A stretch of DNA of 64,000 nucleotides, from positions 53,289-117,288 of IMG/VR virus record IMGVR_UViG_3300025133_006513; one strand, 5' to 3'. Every line of letters begins with the position of its first letter. The first letter of the stretch is position 1. Below the pieces are notes generated by a model. The model was not told the origin of the DNA. It ran no database searches and worked only from the letters and a program-made list of their open reading frames with translations. The stretch is from a virus. Its lineage: Duplodnaviria; Heunggongvirae; Uroviricota; Caudoviricetes. Position numbers and translations under genes: made by a program. Shown piece after piece: positions 55,623 to 64,000 of this stretch.

Positions 55623-58600
55623 TTACTGACCTCAACCGCGATGACCTGGAGGCAATCTTCCGGGGCGATGAGAAGAACTCGCATACGGAAACGTATCCGA
55701 TGTATCCGCTGACGGCTCCCGGTATGCCGCCAGCTGGTGTGAACTTTATTGCACACGCTCGCCACCTTGGAGACGAGGAGCCGTATTTAATTGAAGGCAA
55801 AGGTAAAGATAAGAAGGTGCTTTCTGCGGGCTTTCATTTGCAGTGCTTATACTTGCGATGCCTGTACAGTAGTGATTTTGATCTGCCCATTAAACTAAAG
55901 GGTAAGACGGAGGTGGTACGTATCGTACCTGGTCGTTTGTGGGGTATGCCGCCTGAGGGCCCTAAACATCTAAGCGACAAGTATTGTGCAGAGTTCAACG
56001 CTAAGCGTGTTATGGTTGTGGGCAAGATACCTACGACGGAGGAGGTCGCGACAGGACGTACGTTGTCGGGCCCTGCGGGACGGCAGCTACGTGAGACGCT
56101 TGAGTCCCTCGGGATGACAGACTCTGAGTTGAATGACTGGTATGTGTGTAATCTGGTGCGATGGCAGAACCTCAACCCCAACAGCTCTGCGTTAGCGCAG
56201 GCGTGGGTTAAGGATTGTCTGCCACTGCTTCACCAAGAGATGCGGCTCTGTGCCCCTGACTTCATTCTGTGTCTGGGTGCTGAGGCTACAAAGGCTGTCT
56301 GTGGGCCTGCTAATTCGGTCAACAACATGATCGGCAGGTACATCGAGAAAGAGATACCGCTCCAGTTGAATGCCGACGAGGAGCCGGAGATACACACAGC
56401 CAAGGTTATGGCTGTCATGAATCCTAGTGCAGTCCTTCGAACTACTGAGCTCTACCCCCAGTTTGAAGCCACACTTCGCAACTTCGTGAAGCTGGTTAAT
56501 GGGGAAGAGTTTGCGACAAGCTCGGACGAGACGATTACGATTCAGTACATATACAAAGAAAGGGACTTGGCAGAGCTGGTGGATCACATCATCGCGCAGC
56601 CAGGCCTCAAGAAGATCGGCGTTGATGGTGAGTGGCATGGTCAGCATCCTGGTGAGCCAGGGTCATACTTACGGACTATCCAGATCAGCCATCACGGCGA
56701 GTTTGCTGCTGTCATTGTGTTGACGGCACAAGGGGGCGAGACAGCATTCGCACCTAACAAAGAACGAGCCATCCACCATCTCAATCGATTACTCGATCGG
56801 GATGATGTGCAGATTGGCGGTAGCTTCTTTTCCGCAGATCTCCCTTGGTTGGAGTACAACGGTTTGCATATTGCACACCGGTTCTGTGTTCCACCGAACG
56901 TGGAGGATATCCGCGGCGGTAACTACGCTGGCGGGTTTGATGTGGCTCTGGCCCATCACGCCTACAATGAGACCGGTGACTTCAAGCTGGAGGTCATGGG
57001 TACCCGCCTATGCGGTGCTGACCGCTGGGACGTTAAGCTGCAGGAGTGGAAGCGAGATTACCTGCATAAGCATAAGATGAAGGATGAAGAGCTTGAGGGC
57101 TACGGAGAGTGCCCAGAGGAAGTTCTTCTACCCTATGGCGGTAAGGATGCCGCGTATACGCGACAGCTCATGGACAAACACTGTGAGCTACTCGACGCGG
57201 ATAAGCATGGTAACGATTGCTGGGTTCCGTTCCACCTGTCCATGATGGCCTTCCCGGCTTTCAATGAGATGGGTACGACAGGGGTCAAGATCGACCTGGA
57301 ACGTATCGATACGTTGACCGACTTATTCCAAGAGATACGTGAAGAACGACTCGCTGAGCTACGTCAAGCGATCAACTGGCCAGGGTTCAACCCTCGCAGT
57401 AGTCAGCAGTGCGTGGAGTTCCTATTTGGAGCCCAGTACTCGACAAAGATCGATAAAGACGGCGAGCGAGTCAGCGTGGCACCTGAGGGAGCGACAACGC
57501 TCGACTTACAGCCAATTAAATCCACGGGTAAAGGAAAGCCCTGGGGTTGGGTACTGTCCCGCAACGAGCAGGATAAGTACTCACCGTCTACTGACAAGGA
57601 AGTTTGTGGGATCTTAGGAGCCCGCCACCCACTAGCACGTTCATTGCGAGACGTACGGCTAATTGACCAAGTCCTTAAGTCTGTATTCCGCCCACCAGTC
57701 ATGACCAAAACAGAAGGTCCTGAGCTGACAAAGGATGGTTACAGAATATACAAGGGCGGCATAGCCAAGTACTGTTGCTATGACTTCAGAGTCCGAAGTA
57801 CCTTCCAGCAAGTGAAGGAGACCGGCCGTGCTTCATCAGCTCGCCCACCGTTGCAGAATATCAGCAAACGTCGCGAAGACGACTACGCTAGAATTCTGGG
57901 CAGCAGATACATGTGCCCCATCAGATCTTTTATCGTGAGTAATACCGACACCGAATACGGCGAACCGACTGTGCTACTTGAAGCAGATTATAAAGGTGCT
58001 GAGCTACTCGGTATGGCTGTTATGTCACGTGACGAGACTATGTTGGATCACTGTACGCGAGCTAACTTATCGGATGATGATCCGAACCAATATGACATCC
58101 ACTCAAACATAGCTGTACAAGCTTTTCGCCTGGACTGTGCTCCCAACAAGAAGGGGCTCAGTGCCATCGGAAAGAAAGGCATGAGAGTGGCTGCAAAGAA
58201 TATTATCTTTGGTGTGGGTTACGGTCGCACAGCAGAAGCATGTGCCCGTCAATGCCAAGAAGAAGGAGCCCATATTTCAGAGGCAGAGGCGCAGGTGATT
58301 ATCAATACGATTTTCGCTACGTACCCAGGGATCCCAGCGCTTCAAGAAGCGTTGAGGGCCCGGGTGCATTCGCCTGGGTGGATTCGAAATTGTTTTGGAC
58401 GACTACGACGCTGTATTCGTACGGCGGATAGGGCTGCGATGGGAGAGCTGGAGCGACAGTTCCTGAACTTCCCTTTCCAGTCCATGGTGGCAGACGCGGT
58501 GAGTATCGCGTTGTTCCACCTATATAATCATCCTCGGAAAGCAGAACTGGGGTATCGCATAGTGTTGCAAATTCATGACGCTGTAGTCCTCGAGGTACCC

Positions 58601-58846
58601 TTGCGGAGCGTGGCGGAGGTAGCGGATATTGTACTTCCAAGTTGTATGGTTCAAAAAGTGTCTTTCAGGTCATGCGATTGGGACGGGGTTCCGTATAGTG
58701 ACTCACCCACGTACCGATTTGGTATCGACATGGACCTAGCGACCAGGTGGGGTGTGACCCCTACCTGGGATGAATGTGACGAGATGGGTATCGACAGGAA
58801 GTTCGGGAAGCCACCTAAGGCTGCGAAGATTCTTGTAAGTAGTTAG
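55619..58846 (+). CDS. family A DNA polymerase with N-terminal UDG family-4-like domain and 3'-5' exonuclease domain
   Basis: UDG-like VVGKIPTTEEVATGRTLSGPAGRQL...YVCNLVRW. Pol motif A DYKGAELLGMA. Motif B RVAAKNIIFGVGYG. Motif C QIHDAVVLEV. Confidence 0.85.
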   Translation: MITDLNRDDLEAIFRGDEKNSHTETYPMYPLTAPGMPPAGVNFIAHARHLGDEEPYLIEGKGKDKKVLSAGFHLQCLYLRCLYSSDFDLPIKLKGKTEVVRIVPGRLWGMPPEGPKHLSDKYCAEFNAKRVMVVGKIPTTEEVATGRTLSGPAGRQLRETLESLGMTDSELNDWYVCNLVRWQNLNPNSSALAQAWVKDCLPLLHQEMRLCAPDFILCLGAEATKAVCGPANSVNNMIGRYIEKEIPLQLNADEEPEIHTAKVMAVMNPSAVLRTTELYPQFEATLRNFVKLVNGEEFATSSDETITIQYIYKERDLAELVDHIIAQPGLKKIGVDGEWHGQHPGEPGSYLRTIQISHHGEFAAVIVLTAQGGETAFAPNKERAIHHLNRLLDRDDVQIGGSFFSADLPWLEYNGLHIAHRFCVPPNVEDIRGGNYAGGFDVALAHHAYNETGDFKLEVMGTRLCGADRWDVKLQEWKRDYLHKHKMKDEELEGYGECPEEVLLPYGGKDAAYTRQLMDKHCELLDADKHGNDCWVPFHLSMMAFPAFNEMGTTGVKIDLERIDTLTDLFQEIREERLAELRQAINWPGFNPRSSQQCVEFLFGAQYSTKIDKDGERVSVAPEGATTLDLQPIKSTGKGKPWGWVLSRNEQDKYSPSTDKEVCGILGARHPLARSLRDVRLIDQVLKSVFRPPVMTKTEGPELTKDGYRIYKGGIAKYCCYDFRVRSTFQQVKETGRASSARPPLQNISKRREDDYARILGSRYMCPIRSFIVSNTDTEYGEPTVLLEADYKGAELLGMAVMSRDETMLDHCTRANLSDDDPNQYDIHSNIAVQAFRLDCAPNKKGLSAIGKKGMRVAAKNIIFGVGYGRTAEACARQCQEEGAHISEAEAQVIINTIFATYPGIPALQEALRARVHSPGWIRNCFGRLRRCIRTADRAAMGELERQFLNFPFQSMVADAVSIALFHLYNHPRKAELGYRIVLQIHDAVVLEVPLRSVAEVADIVLPSCMVQKVSFRSCDWDGVPYSDSPTYRFGIDMDLATRWGVTPTWDECDEMGIDRKFGKPPKAAKILVSS

Positions 58847-59216
58847 CAGCTGTTAGGCATAACTCTGCTGAGTCTTTTAGTCCGCCTATTGCCCGGTTGC
58901 ACGGGTCGCACAGCAGGCCGCGAACGCGTCCAGTGTCGTGGTTGTGGTCTACACACAGCCTTCGCCGTAGTGGCGGGGCCTTGCATATTGCACATGCCCC
59001 GTTTTGGCGTGATAGCTGTTGATCGTATTCATCCATTGTGATGCCGTATCGTCGATGCATTCTTGTGGCAGCTCTTTGAGCTTTATTTCGACCGCGGGAG
59101 CGAGTATTACGGCAAAGAGCACATGCTACCGTTCGGCCACTTTTGCGGCTTTTATCTTTATGGAATTCAGCCAGTGGCTTGTTTTTATTGCACTTGCTAC
59201 ACTGTTTGGTAGTCAT
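58815..59216 (-). CDS. free-standing HNH endonuclease (alternative GTG start at 59228)
   Basis: CVDHNHDTGRVRGLLCDPCNRAIG HNH motif. N-terminal CSKC...CALC zinc finger. GGAGG RBS lies before ATG 59216. Overlaps the polymerase 3' end. Confidence 0.7.
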   Translation of the reverse strand: MTTKQCSKCNKNKPLAEFHKDKSRKSGRTVACALCRNTRSRGRNKAQRAATRMHRRYGITMDEYDQQLSRQNGACAICKAPPLRRRLCVDHNHDTGRVRGLLCDPCNRAIGGLKDSAELCLTAANYLQESSQP

Positions 59217-59318
59217 GAGAGCCTCCACGAAGGTTTGACTGATTAGAGCTGGAGGACAGGTTACAGCCTGCCTTCAGTTCGCTTATTTTAACCGACAAGA
59301 TCGGCCGCTGAAAAGAGC

Positions 59319-59358
59319 ATTATCGCAGCTTGACTTCGGTCAAGAAGCTGCGATAATT
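59319..59358 (+). promoter_or_regulatory. sigma70-like promoter (TTGACT-17-ATAATT) embedded in a 39-bp near-perfect palindrome
   Basis: ATTATCGCAGC-TTGAC-ttcg-GTCAA-gaa-GCTGCGATAAT. The -35 is at 59330-35 and the -10 at 59353-58. Lies ~55 nt upstream of ATG 59413 in a divergent intergenic region. Confidence 0.5.
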
Positions 59359-59412
59359 ACTGAGTCGACACACGACTAACAGTAACCATTTTATTTTTTT
59401 GGAGGCATTTTC

Positions 59413-60786
59413 ATGCCACGACAAGGCGCGACCGGCGGTGGTCGCTATCGTATGGCCACAGAAGGCCAACCTACGCAACGAGGAAACTTTGGGATGTATG
59501 TCCTGGAGGATAATGCTGGGTGCCAAGTGTACCGGCCCTCGTGGAATGCCACGCGGACGATCTTTCGTCCGTTCCCTGGCAAGAACCCAGAGAACCACGC
59601 TGAATGGGACCCCTTCCGTCTGAGCGACGAAGAGCGGGACTATGGCGACTGGATTCGACGCTATGATATGGCGATGAGTTTTGGCGAGCCTGGGATTACC
59701 TTCATCATGAAGAATCCTGCGGACGATACGCTGAACGACCAGCAGAATCCTGTGTGGATGCTGCACCGTGCGATCACGGCAGCGGTTAAGGCAGGTCAGG
59801 GCCAGCAAAGCTGGAACCCTTTGATCTTTGGTGCTGCAGGTCGCGGCGCTCCTATCAGTGCCCCTAAGGACGGTTACGTCATGCAGGGTATCTTGATGGA
59901 GCACAAGAGTAAGCCAGAGAACCCGCCTCGCGGGTGCCTGATGGAGCATAAGCCTGTTGTGTTGCTGATGAGCCAGTCCGCTGGTGCTGCACTTCTCGAG
60001 CGATTGAACGAGAAGGACGTCGATGGTAACTGGGCACATCCAGACATTACTGACCTAACGGCTGGTATGTTCGTGCAGTTTCATCAGGCGGGTACGCAGA
60101 ACCAGGCACAGGGCGCTGGTGCTCCGCAGATGATGGGCCAATCGGCTGCCGGTGGCGGCGATATTGGTGCTAAGAATAGTTACGAGGTGGTATTTAACCC
60201 GATGTACAATGGCATCGCTCCAAGCTTCCCCGACATCCAAGAGTTGGCTGCCGCGCATACGAAGCCTTGGGATGAGATCATCCGGGTACCTACCATCGAG
60301 GACCAGGTGAAGATGCTTTGTGGGTGTATTCCTGCAAGTGCGATCACTTACGCGTTAGGGGATGTGTATCGGGATATGATTCCGCAGCACATCTGGGACC
60401 AGTCTCGTGCACAGACACAGACTAACTCCACACCGTTTGCAAATGCCCAGGCGTCAGCACCCGCTGCTGCTAATCCTATGGCACAGTCGCAACCGGCTAA
60501 TCCAATGGGACAGGCACCGGCTAATCCGGTGGCCTATGAGCCCCCAGCAGCACCGCCGCAGGCAGCGGCTCCTGCTGCTAATCCGATGGCTGCACCACCA
60601 CAGGCAGCCCCACCTGCGGAGCCTGTCCAGACGACAGTGGCACCACCGCAGGCAGCAGCTCCCGCGGCACCACCGCAGGAGTTTGATCCGCAGCCTACAA
60701 CCGCAGAACCCAGTCGTGCCGCTGACACGATGGGTGCGATTGAGCGAGCCCGGCAGCGGGTGGCTAAGGCGGCTGGCGGTAGTTAG
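59413..60786 (+). CDS. hypothetical protein with Pro/Ala/Gln-rich repetitive C-terminal third
   Basis: GGAGG RBS. The C-terminus contains ANPMA and PPQAAAP repeats. Confidence 0.55.
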   Translation: MPRQGATGGGRYRMATEGQPTQRGNFGMYVLEDNAGCQVYRPSWNATRTIFRPFPGKNPENHAEWDPFRLSDEERDYGDWIRRYDMAMSFGEPGITFIMKNPADDTLNDQQNPVWMLHRAITAAVKAGQGQQSWNPLIFGAAGRGAPISAPKDGYVMQGILMEHKSKPENPPRGCLMEHKPVVLLMSQSAGAALLERLNEKDVDGNWAHPDITDLTAGMFVQFHQAGTQNQAQGAGAPQMMGQSAAGGGDIGAKNSYEVVFNPMYNGIAPSFPDIQELAAAHTKPWDEIIRVPTIEDQVKMLCGCIPASAITYALGDVYRDMIPQHIWDQSRAQTQTNSTPFANAQASAPAAANPMAQSQPANPMGQAPANPVAYEPPAAPPQAAAPAANPMAAPPQAAPPAEPVQTTVAPPQAAAPAAPPQEFDPQPTTAEPSRAADTMGAIERARQRVAKAAGGS

Positions 60787-60818
60787 TTAAAGTAGTGAGG
60801 TTGTACCTTTCTACCCAT

Positions 60819-60860
60819 CTCCCACCCAGGCACCGCACGCTTGGGTGGGAGTATTTTTCT
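60819..60860 (+). terminator. rho-independent terminator
   Basis: CTCCCACCCA / TGGGTGGGAG 10-bp perfect stem, followed by TATTTTTCT. Confidence 0.7.
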
Positions 60861-60874
60861 ATAAGGGTTAACTA

Positions 60875-62272
60875 ATGGCTAAAAAGCGTGCCAAGAAGAA
60901 GAAAGTCACGGACGCCATCGGCGATCCGATCGATCGTGACGCACTGTTTGACAGTATGGTCAATGATGTGCAAGCAAAGATGCTGAAGAAAGACATGCTG
61001 GTTGGACATAATGACCAGCTGATCTGTTTACCTGTGCCCGCGTTCATCATTCGATATTTGTTTCAGAACTCGGGTTTACCCATGAGTTGCATTTATCAAG
61101 TGGTAGGTCCGCAGGGCTGTTACAAGTCTACCTTTGCTATGGAGATGCTTCGTTGGCATCGTATCTGTGGTGGTGGCGGTATGTTGGCGGAGGCGGAGAC
61201 GAAGCCTACACCAGAGTTGCGTAATAGCGTGCTCAATTGGGATATCAAGGCTGTCAAAGTCGAGGACTGTGCTACGTTTGAGGACTGGCAGCGTAAGATT
61301 GTCTTCTACACCGCACAGTTCAAGAAGACTATGGAGAAGGCTGGCGGTCCTGGCCGTACGATACCGTATTGCACAGTGGTCGACTCCCTAACCGGTAAGG
61401 CTAGTGAGCAGACCCTTAAGAAGATCCAGCAGGAGGGGCATGCCAGCATGCACTTCCCCGTGGAAGCTAAGCAGATGGCTGACTTCATGCGAGCTCACCC
61501 GCAGAACCTGTTGGGCTGGCCGCTAACCTTTGTGGGCGTCAATCACTTGAAGATGGCGACTGATGCACAAACCGGGCAGGTCGATCTCAACATTCCTGGC
61601 GGCTGGGCTCTCAAGTTCCAGTGTGCTGCCATCGTTCAGATGGAGCGAATGGGTAAGGTCAAGGAGTACTCCAACTACAAGGCCGCGAACGTGCGGTTCA
61701 ACACCATCAAGAACTCGTACGGTGTGGACAACATCCGCGCGATGGTACGGTTCAAGACGTGGTACCAGGAGGACGCACCGGGCGTACAGCGGCTTCACAG
61801 TCGATTCGAGTGGTGGGAGGCAGGTATTCTGTTCCTGGCCACTGGCGCTGGTCTGACGCAGGCTAACCAGAAGATCATGGTGCCTAAGATGCGTGAGGTC
61901 TGTGATATCCGTGAGAAGAGTGGTGGCAGTGCTGGTAAGCTTTACTGGTCTAAGCGACTGGGCGTGTCAGCGAATGATGCTATGCCTGCACATGATCTTG
62001 GGGTGCTATTGGAGCGTCGCCCAGATGTGCTGACAGATATCTACGCTGTGTTGAATATCACACAGCAGCCTTACTTCAAGCCGGGCGTTGACTTCCTGGC
62101 GCAGCAGGCGGGTAATGAGCACGTGCGTGCGCAGTCTGACGCTGCGGATATCGCCGTGGCTCAACTGCAGCTCCTGTTCGAGCAGCAGGAGGATCTGGGC
62201 GTGACATACGACCCAGATGTCCAGCCGGCTACTGAGTGGCCTACAGCAATCACTGACGCCGAGGAGGACTAG
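60875..62272 (+). CDS. RecA/UvsX-like ATPase (recombinase candidate)
   Basis: Walker A VVGPQGCYKSTFAMEM. Walker-B-like CTVVDSLTG. 465 aa. Confidence 0.5.
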   Translation: MAKKRAKKKKVTDAIGDPIDRDALFDSMVNDVQAKMLKKDMLVGHNDQLICLPVPAFIIRYLFQNSGLPMSCIYQVVGPQGCYKSTFAMEMLRWHRICGGGGMLAEAETKPTPELRNSVLNWDIKAVKVEDCATFEDWQRKIVFYTAQFKKTMEKAGGPGRTIPYCTVVDSLTGKASEQTLKKIQQEGHASMHFPVEAKQMADFMRAHPQNLLGWPLTFVGVNHLKMATDAQTGQVDLNIPGGWALKFQCAAIVQMERMGKVKEYSNYKAANVRFNTIKNSYGVDNIRAMVRFKTWYQEDAPGVQRLHSRFEWWEAGILFLATGAGLTQANQKIMVPKMREVCDIREKSGGSAGKLYWSKRLGVSANDAMPAHDLGVLLERRPDVLTDIYAVLNITQQPYFKPGVDFLAQQAGNEHVRAQSDAADIAVAQLQLLFEQQEDLGVTYDPDVQPATEWPTAITDAEED

Positions 62273-62742
62273 TGCCTAATAATCCTAACTTCTACCATAA
62301 GCCAGACGCCTCCCGTGAGGGGACCGAGGCTATGCTTGAGCAGGAGGCGGTTCGCCGTATCATAACCAAGTCTAAACTGAAGTGCTTGTCCGCACGTACA
62401 TTCAGCGATCTGGTTATGGAGGCGGGGTTCCCGTACCAATTGACAGCACAGAAGTTCTCAACACATGATTTGAGTAACCTGTTGATGGGCATGCGGAAGT
62501 GGCCGACTAAGACAGCCCCCATGATGGCGTTTGACGAAATCCAAGGGGATACGTATGAGACAGATGTGGGCATCGTTTTTCCCTGGCAGGGGTTCGGTGG
62601 CCTACACGTGTTTACTATGGACAGTATGCTTCCATTCGAGCCAGGCACCAGCGGTATGTACTGGTGTGTGGCGGGGAAGTATTACTTACTGCAGCACATC
62701 GACAGCTTTATCGCTCGCATAGGGCCTCCAGCTGATTGGTAG
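62272..62742 (+). CDS. hypothetical protein
   Basis: ATGA/GTG overlap with the upstream gene. 156 aa. Confidence 0.5.
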   Translation: MPNNPNFYHKPDASREGTEAMLEQEAVRRIITKSKLKCLSARTFSDLVMEAGFPYQLTAQKFSTHDLSNLLMGMRKWPTKTAPMMAFDEIQGDTYETDVGIVFPWQGFGGLHVFTMDSMLPFEPGTSGMYWCVAGKYYLLQHIDSFIARIGPPADW

Positions 62743-62754
62743 GAATTTGTTCAT

Positions 62755-63867
62755 ATGATCAAAAACATGTTAGCTGTCCCGGAGCCGCAGGAGTTCCTTG
62801 CGGCACAGTTTGATGAGATGATCACATACCTACGTGATATCGATCAACAGACTGTACGGGTATCGATTAATAGTGCGGCTGATCTTGAGATGGGTGCTGA
62901 CGGGCGGTTGTTGAGTAATTCATTCGCACTCTCCCCGTTGGCTTTCCATCAAATTTGTAGACATGTCTCTAAAGGGTTGTGGTCACTGGCAACAGATATT
63001 GCCGGGAACAACAGTGGTGTTAGAGGCTTCGATAGTGCTGTATCCATCCCGTTGGCTGTCAAGATAGTCAATGAGTGCATCGCGCTACGCTTCCGTGCCC
63101 GTGAGGGCCTTATCGGTCGCGATATGATTCAAGACCATGACGCAGGCGTTATTGTTGGTGTCGTTGGTCCACGCTATCAGCTGCTACCTAACCACCAGTT
63201 ACTGGAGGTAGCGAATGACATGATGGCGTGTCACGAGGTTAAGATGGCCTTCCACGGGGGTACCCTGGTTGGTCGCCGTATGTCAGTGTCTTATCTGACA
63301 GCGGAGCCACTAGTAACTACTACTGATGGTCCGATGTATGGTGGGGTTTATTTCACCAACAGCGAGGCCGGCGAGTGTGCCGTTAGCGGGGCCACTCTTT
63401 TGCAGCTTGGACATACACGGCGGTGCATTAATAAGCCCCGCCACCTCAAACACGCCGGTAAAGACTTCTTCAAGCGGCTGAGCCATATGCTTGGCGGTGC
63501 CCTACATACGTGGGAGAAGACGGTTGCGGTTGCCCATGACTATGAGAATGTGGTGGCAGGGGAGGCTAACTTCCTCACACCCAGTAACACCATAGCCAAA
63601 GCACCCAGAGCGAAGTTAGAGGCAGCGTTTGCTGAGTACGTCGATAAGAGTGTTGCAAATGATGTTGTACGGAAGGTGATCTTCATGGGAGCTGATGGCA
63701 CACATGTGCCTAAAAACATCAGCCACAAGGATATTGCCACACGTCGTGTTCGTGATATCGTTCTCGTAGCGATGTCGATAGCCAACGGACACTATCCCGA
63801 AGTTCGTGAAGGACTCGAGCGTGCAGCGTTCGATATCCTCGCAAGAAAGGTCAAGCTTAGGAGCTAA
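62755..63867 (+). CDS. hypothetical protein
   Basis: 370-aa ORF. Confidence 0.5.
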   Translation: MIKNMLAVPEPQEFLAAQFDEMITYLRDIDQQTVRVSINSAADLEMGADGRLLSNSFALSPLAFHQICRHVSKGLWSLATDIAGNNSGVRGFDSAVSIPLAVKIVNECIALRFRAREGLIGRDMIQDHDAGVIVGVVGPRYQLLPNHQLLEVANDMMACHEVKMAFHGGTLVGRRMSVSYLTAEPLVTTTDGPMYGGVYFTNSEAGECAVSGATLLQLGHTRRCINKPRHLKHAGKDFFKRLSHMLGGALHTWEKTVAVAHDYENVVAGEANFLTPSNTIAKAPRAKLEAAFAEYVDKSVANDVVRKVIFMGADGTHVPKNISHKDIATRRVRDIVLVAMSIANGHYPEVREGLERAAFDILARKVKLRS

Positions 63868-63868
63868 T

Positions 63869-64000
63869 ATGACCAAAAATTTACCCGCAAGGGTTGAAGA
63901 GTATACCCCTCTTCAAGCCCAGTCCACGTTTACCGATACCGAGCAGAACGCCTTTGACGTACTCTCGAAGTACATCACAGACCACGAAAAGATCACATCT
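63869..64000 (+). CDS. hypothetical protein, 3'-truncated at the window edge
   Basis: AGGAGC RBS. ATG at 63869. Open to the end of the window. Confidence 0.4.
   Translation, partial: MTKNLPARVEEYTPLQAQSTFTDTEQNAFDVLSKYITDHEKITS

Overview
The window reads as part of a large double-stranded DNA phage genome (GC about 55%, genes tightly packed, almost all on the + strand, many ATGA/GTGA overlap junctions). It carries a replication, recombination and nucleotide-metabolism region. The identifiable genes are: an NAD-dependent DNA ligase; a family-A DNA polymerase fused to an N-terminal UDG-like domain; a DnaB-like helicase; a zinc-ribbon/TOPRIM primase interrupted by a LAGLIDADG intein; an SF2 DEAH helicase; a RecA/UvsX-like ATPase; an Mre11/SbcD-like nuclease and a Rad50/SbcC-like ATPase with a Dam-like methyltransferase between them; RNase H; a dNMP kinase; a HAD 5'-nucleotidase; two metallophosphoesterases; a large terminase subunit on the minus strand; and two adjacent tRNAs. 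Self-splicing and homing elements are prominent: an AAA+ ATPase gene is split by an ~855-bp group-I-type intron carrying an HNH endonuclease, the primase carries an intein, and there are two free-standing HNH genes plus a truncated relic. Auxiliary genes of note are a bifunctional HldE homolog (heptose-7-P kinase / heptose-1-P adenylyltransferase) and a GHKL ATPase fused to a SprT/WLM-like HExxH domain. The strongest unexplained signal is a C-terminal peptide motif, R-Q-x-R-K-I-R-L, that recurs at the end of at least eight otherwise unrelated ORFs with synonymous codon variation. Non-coding signals include a ~480-bp region rich in iteron-like repeats and hairpins (37384-37860), several clean rho-independent terminators, a palindrome-embedded sigma70-like promoter, and a hairpin plus U-tract that encloses a start codon. 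No CRISPR array and no rRNA were seen. About half of the ORFs have no assignable function. My hand-indexed coordinates may be off by 1-2 nt in places.
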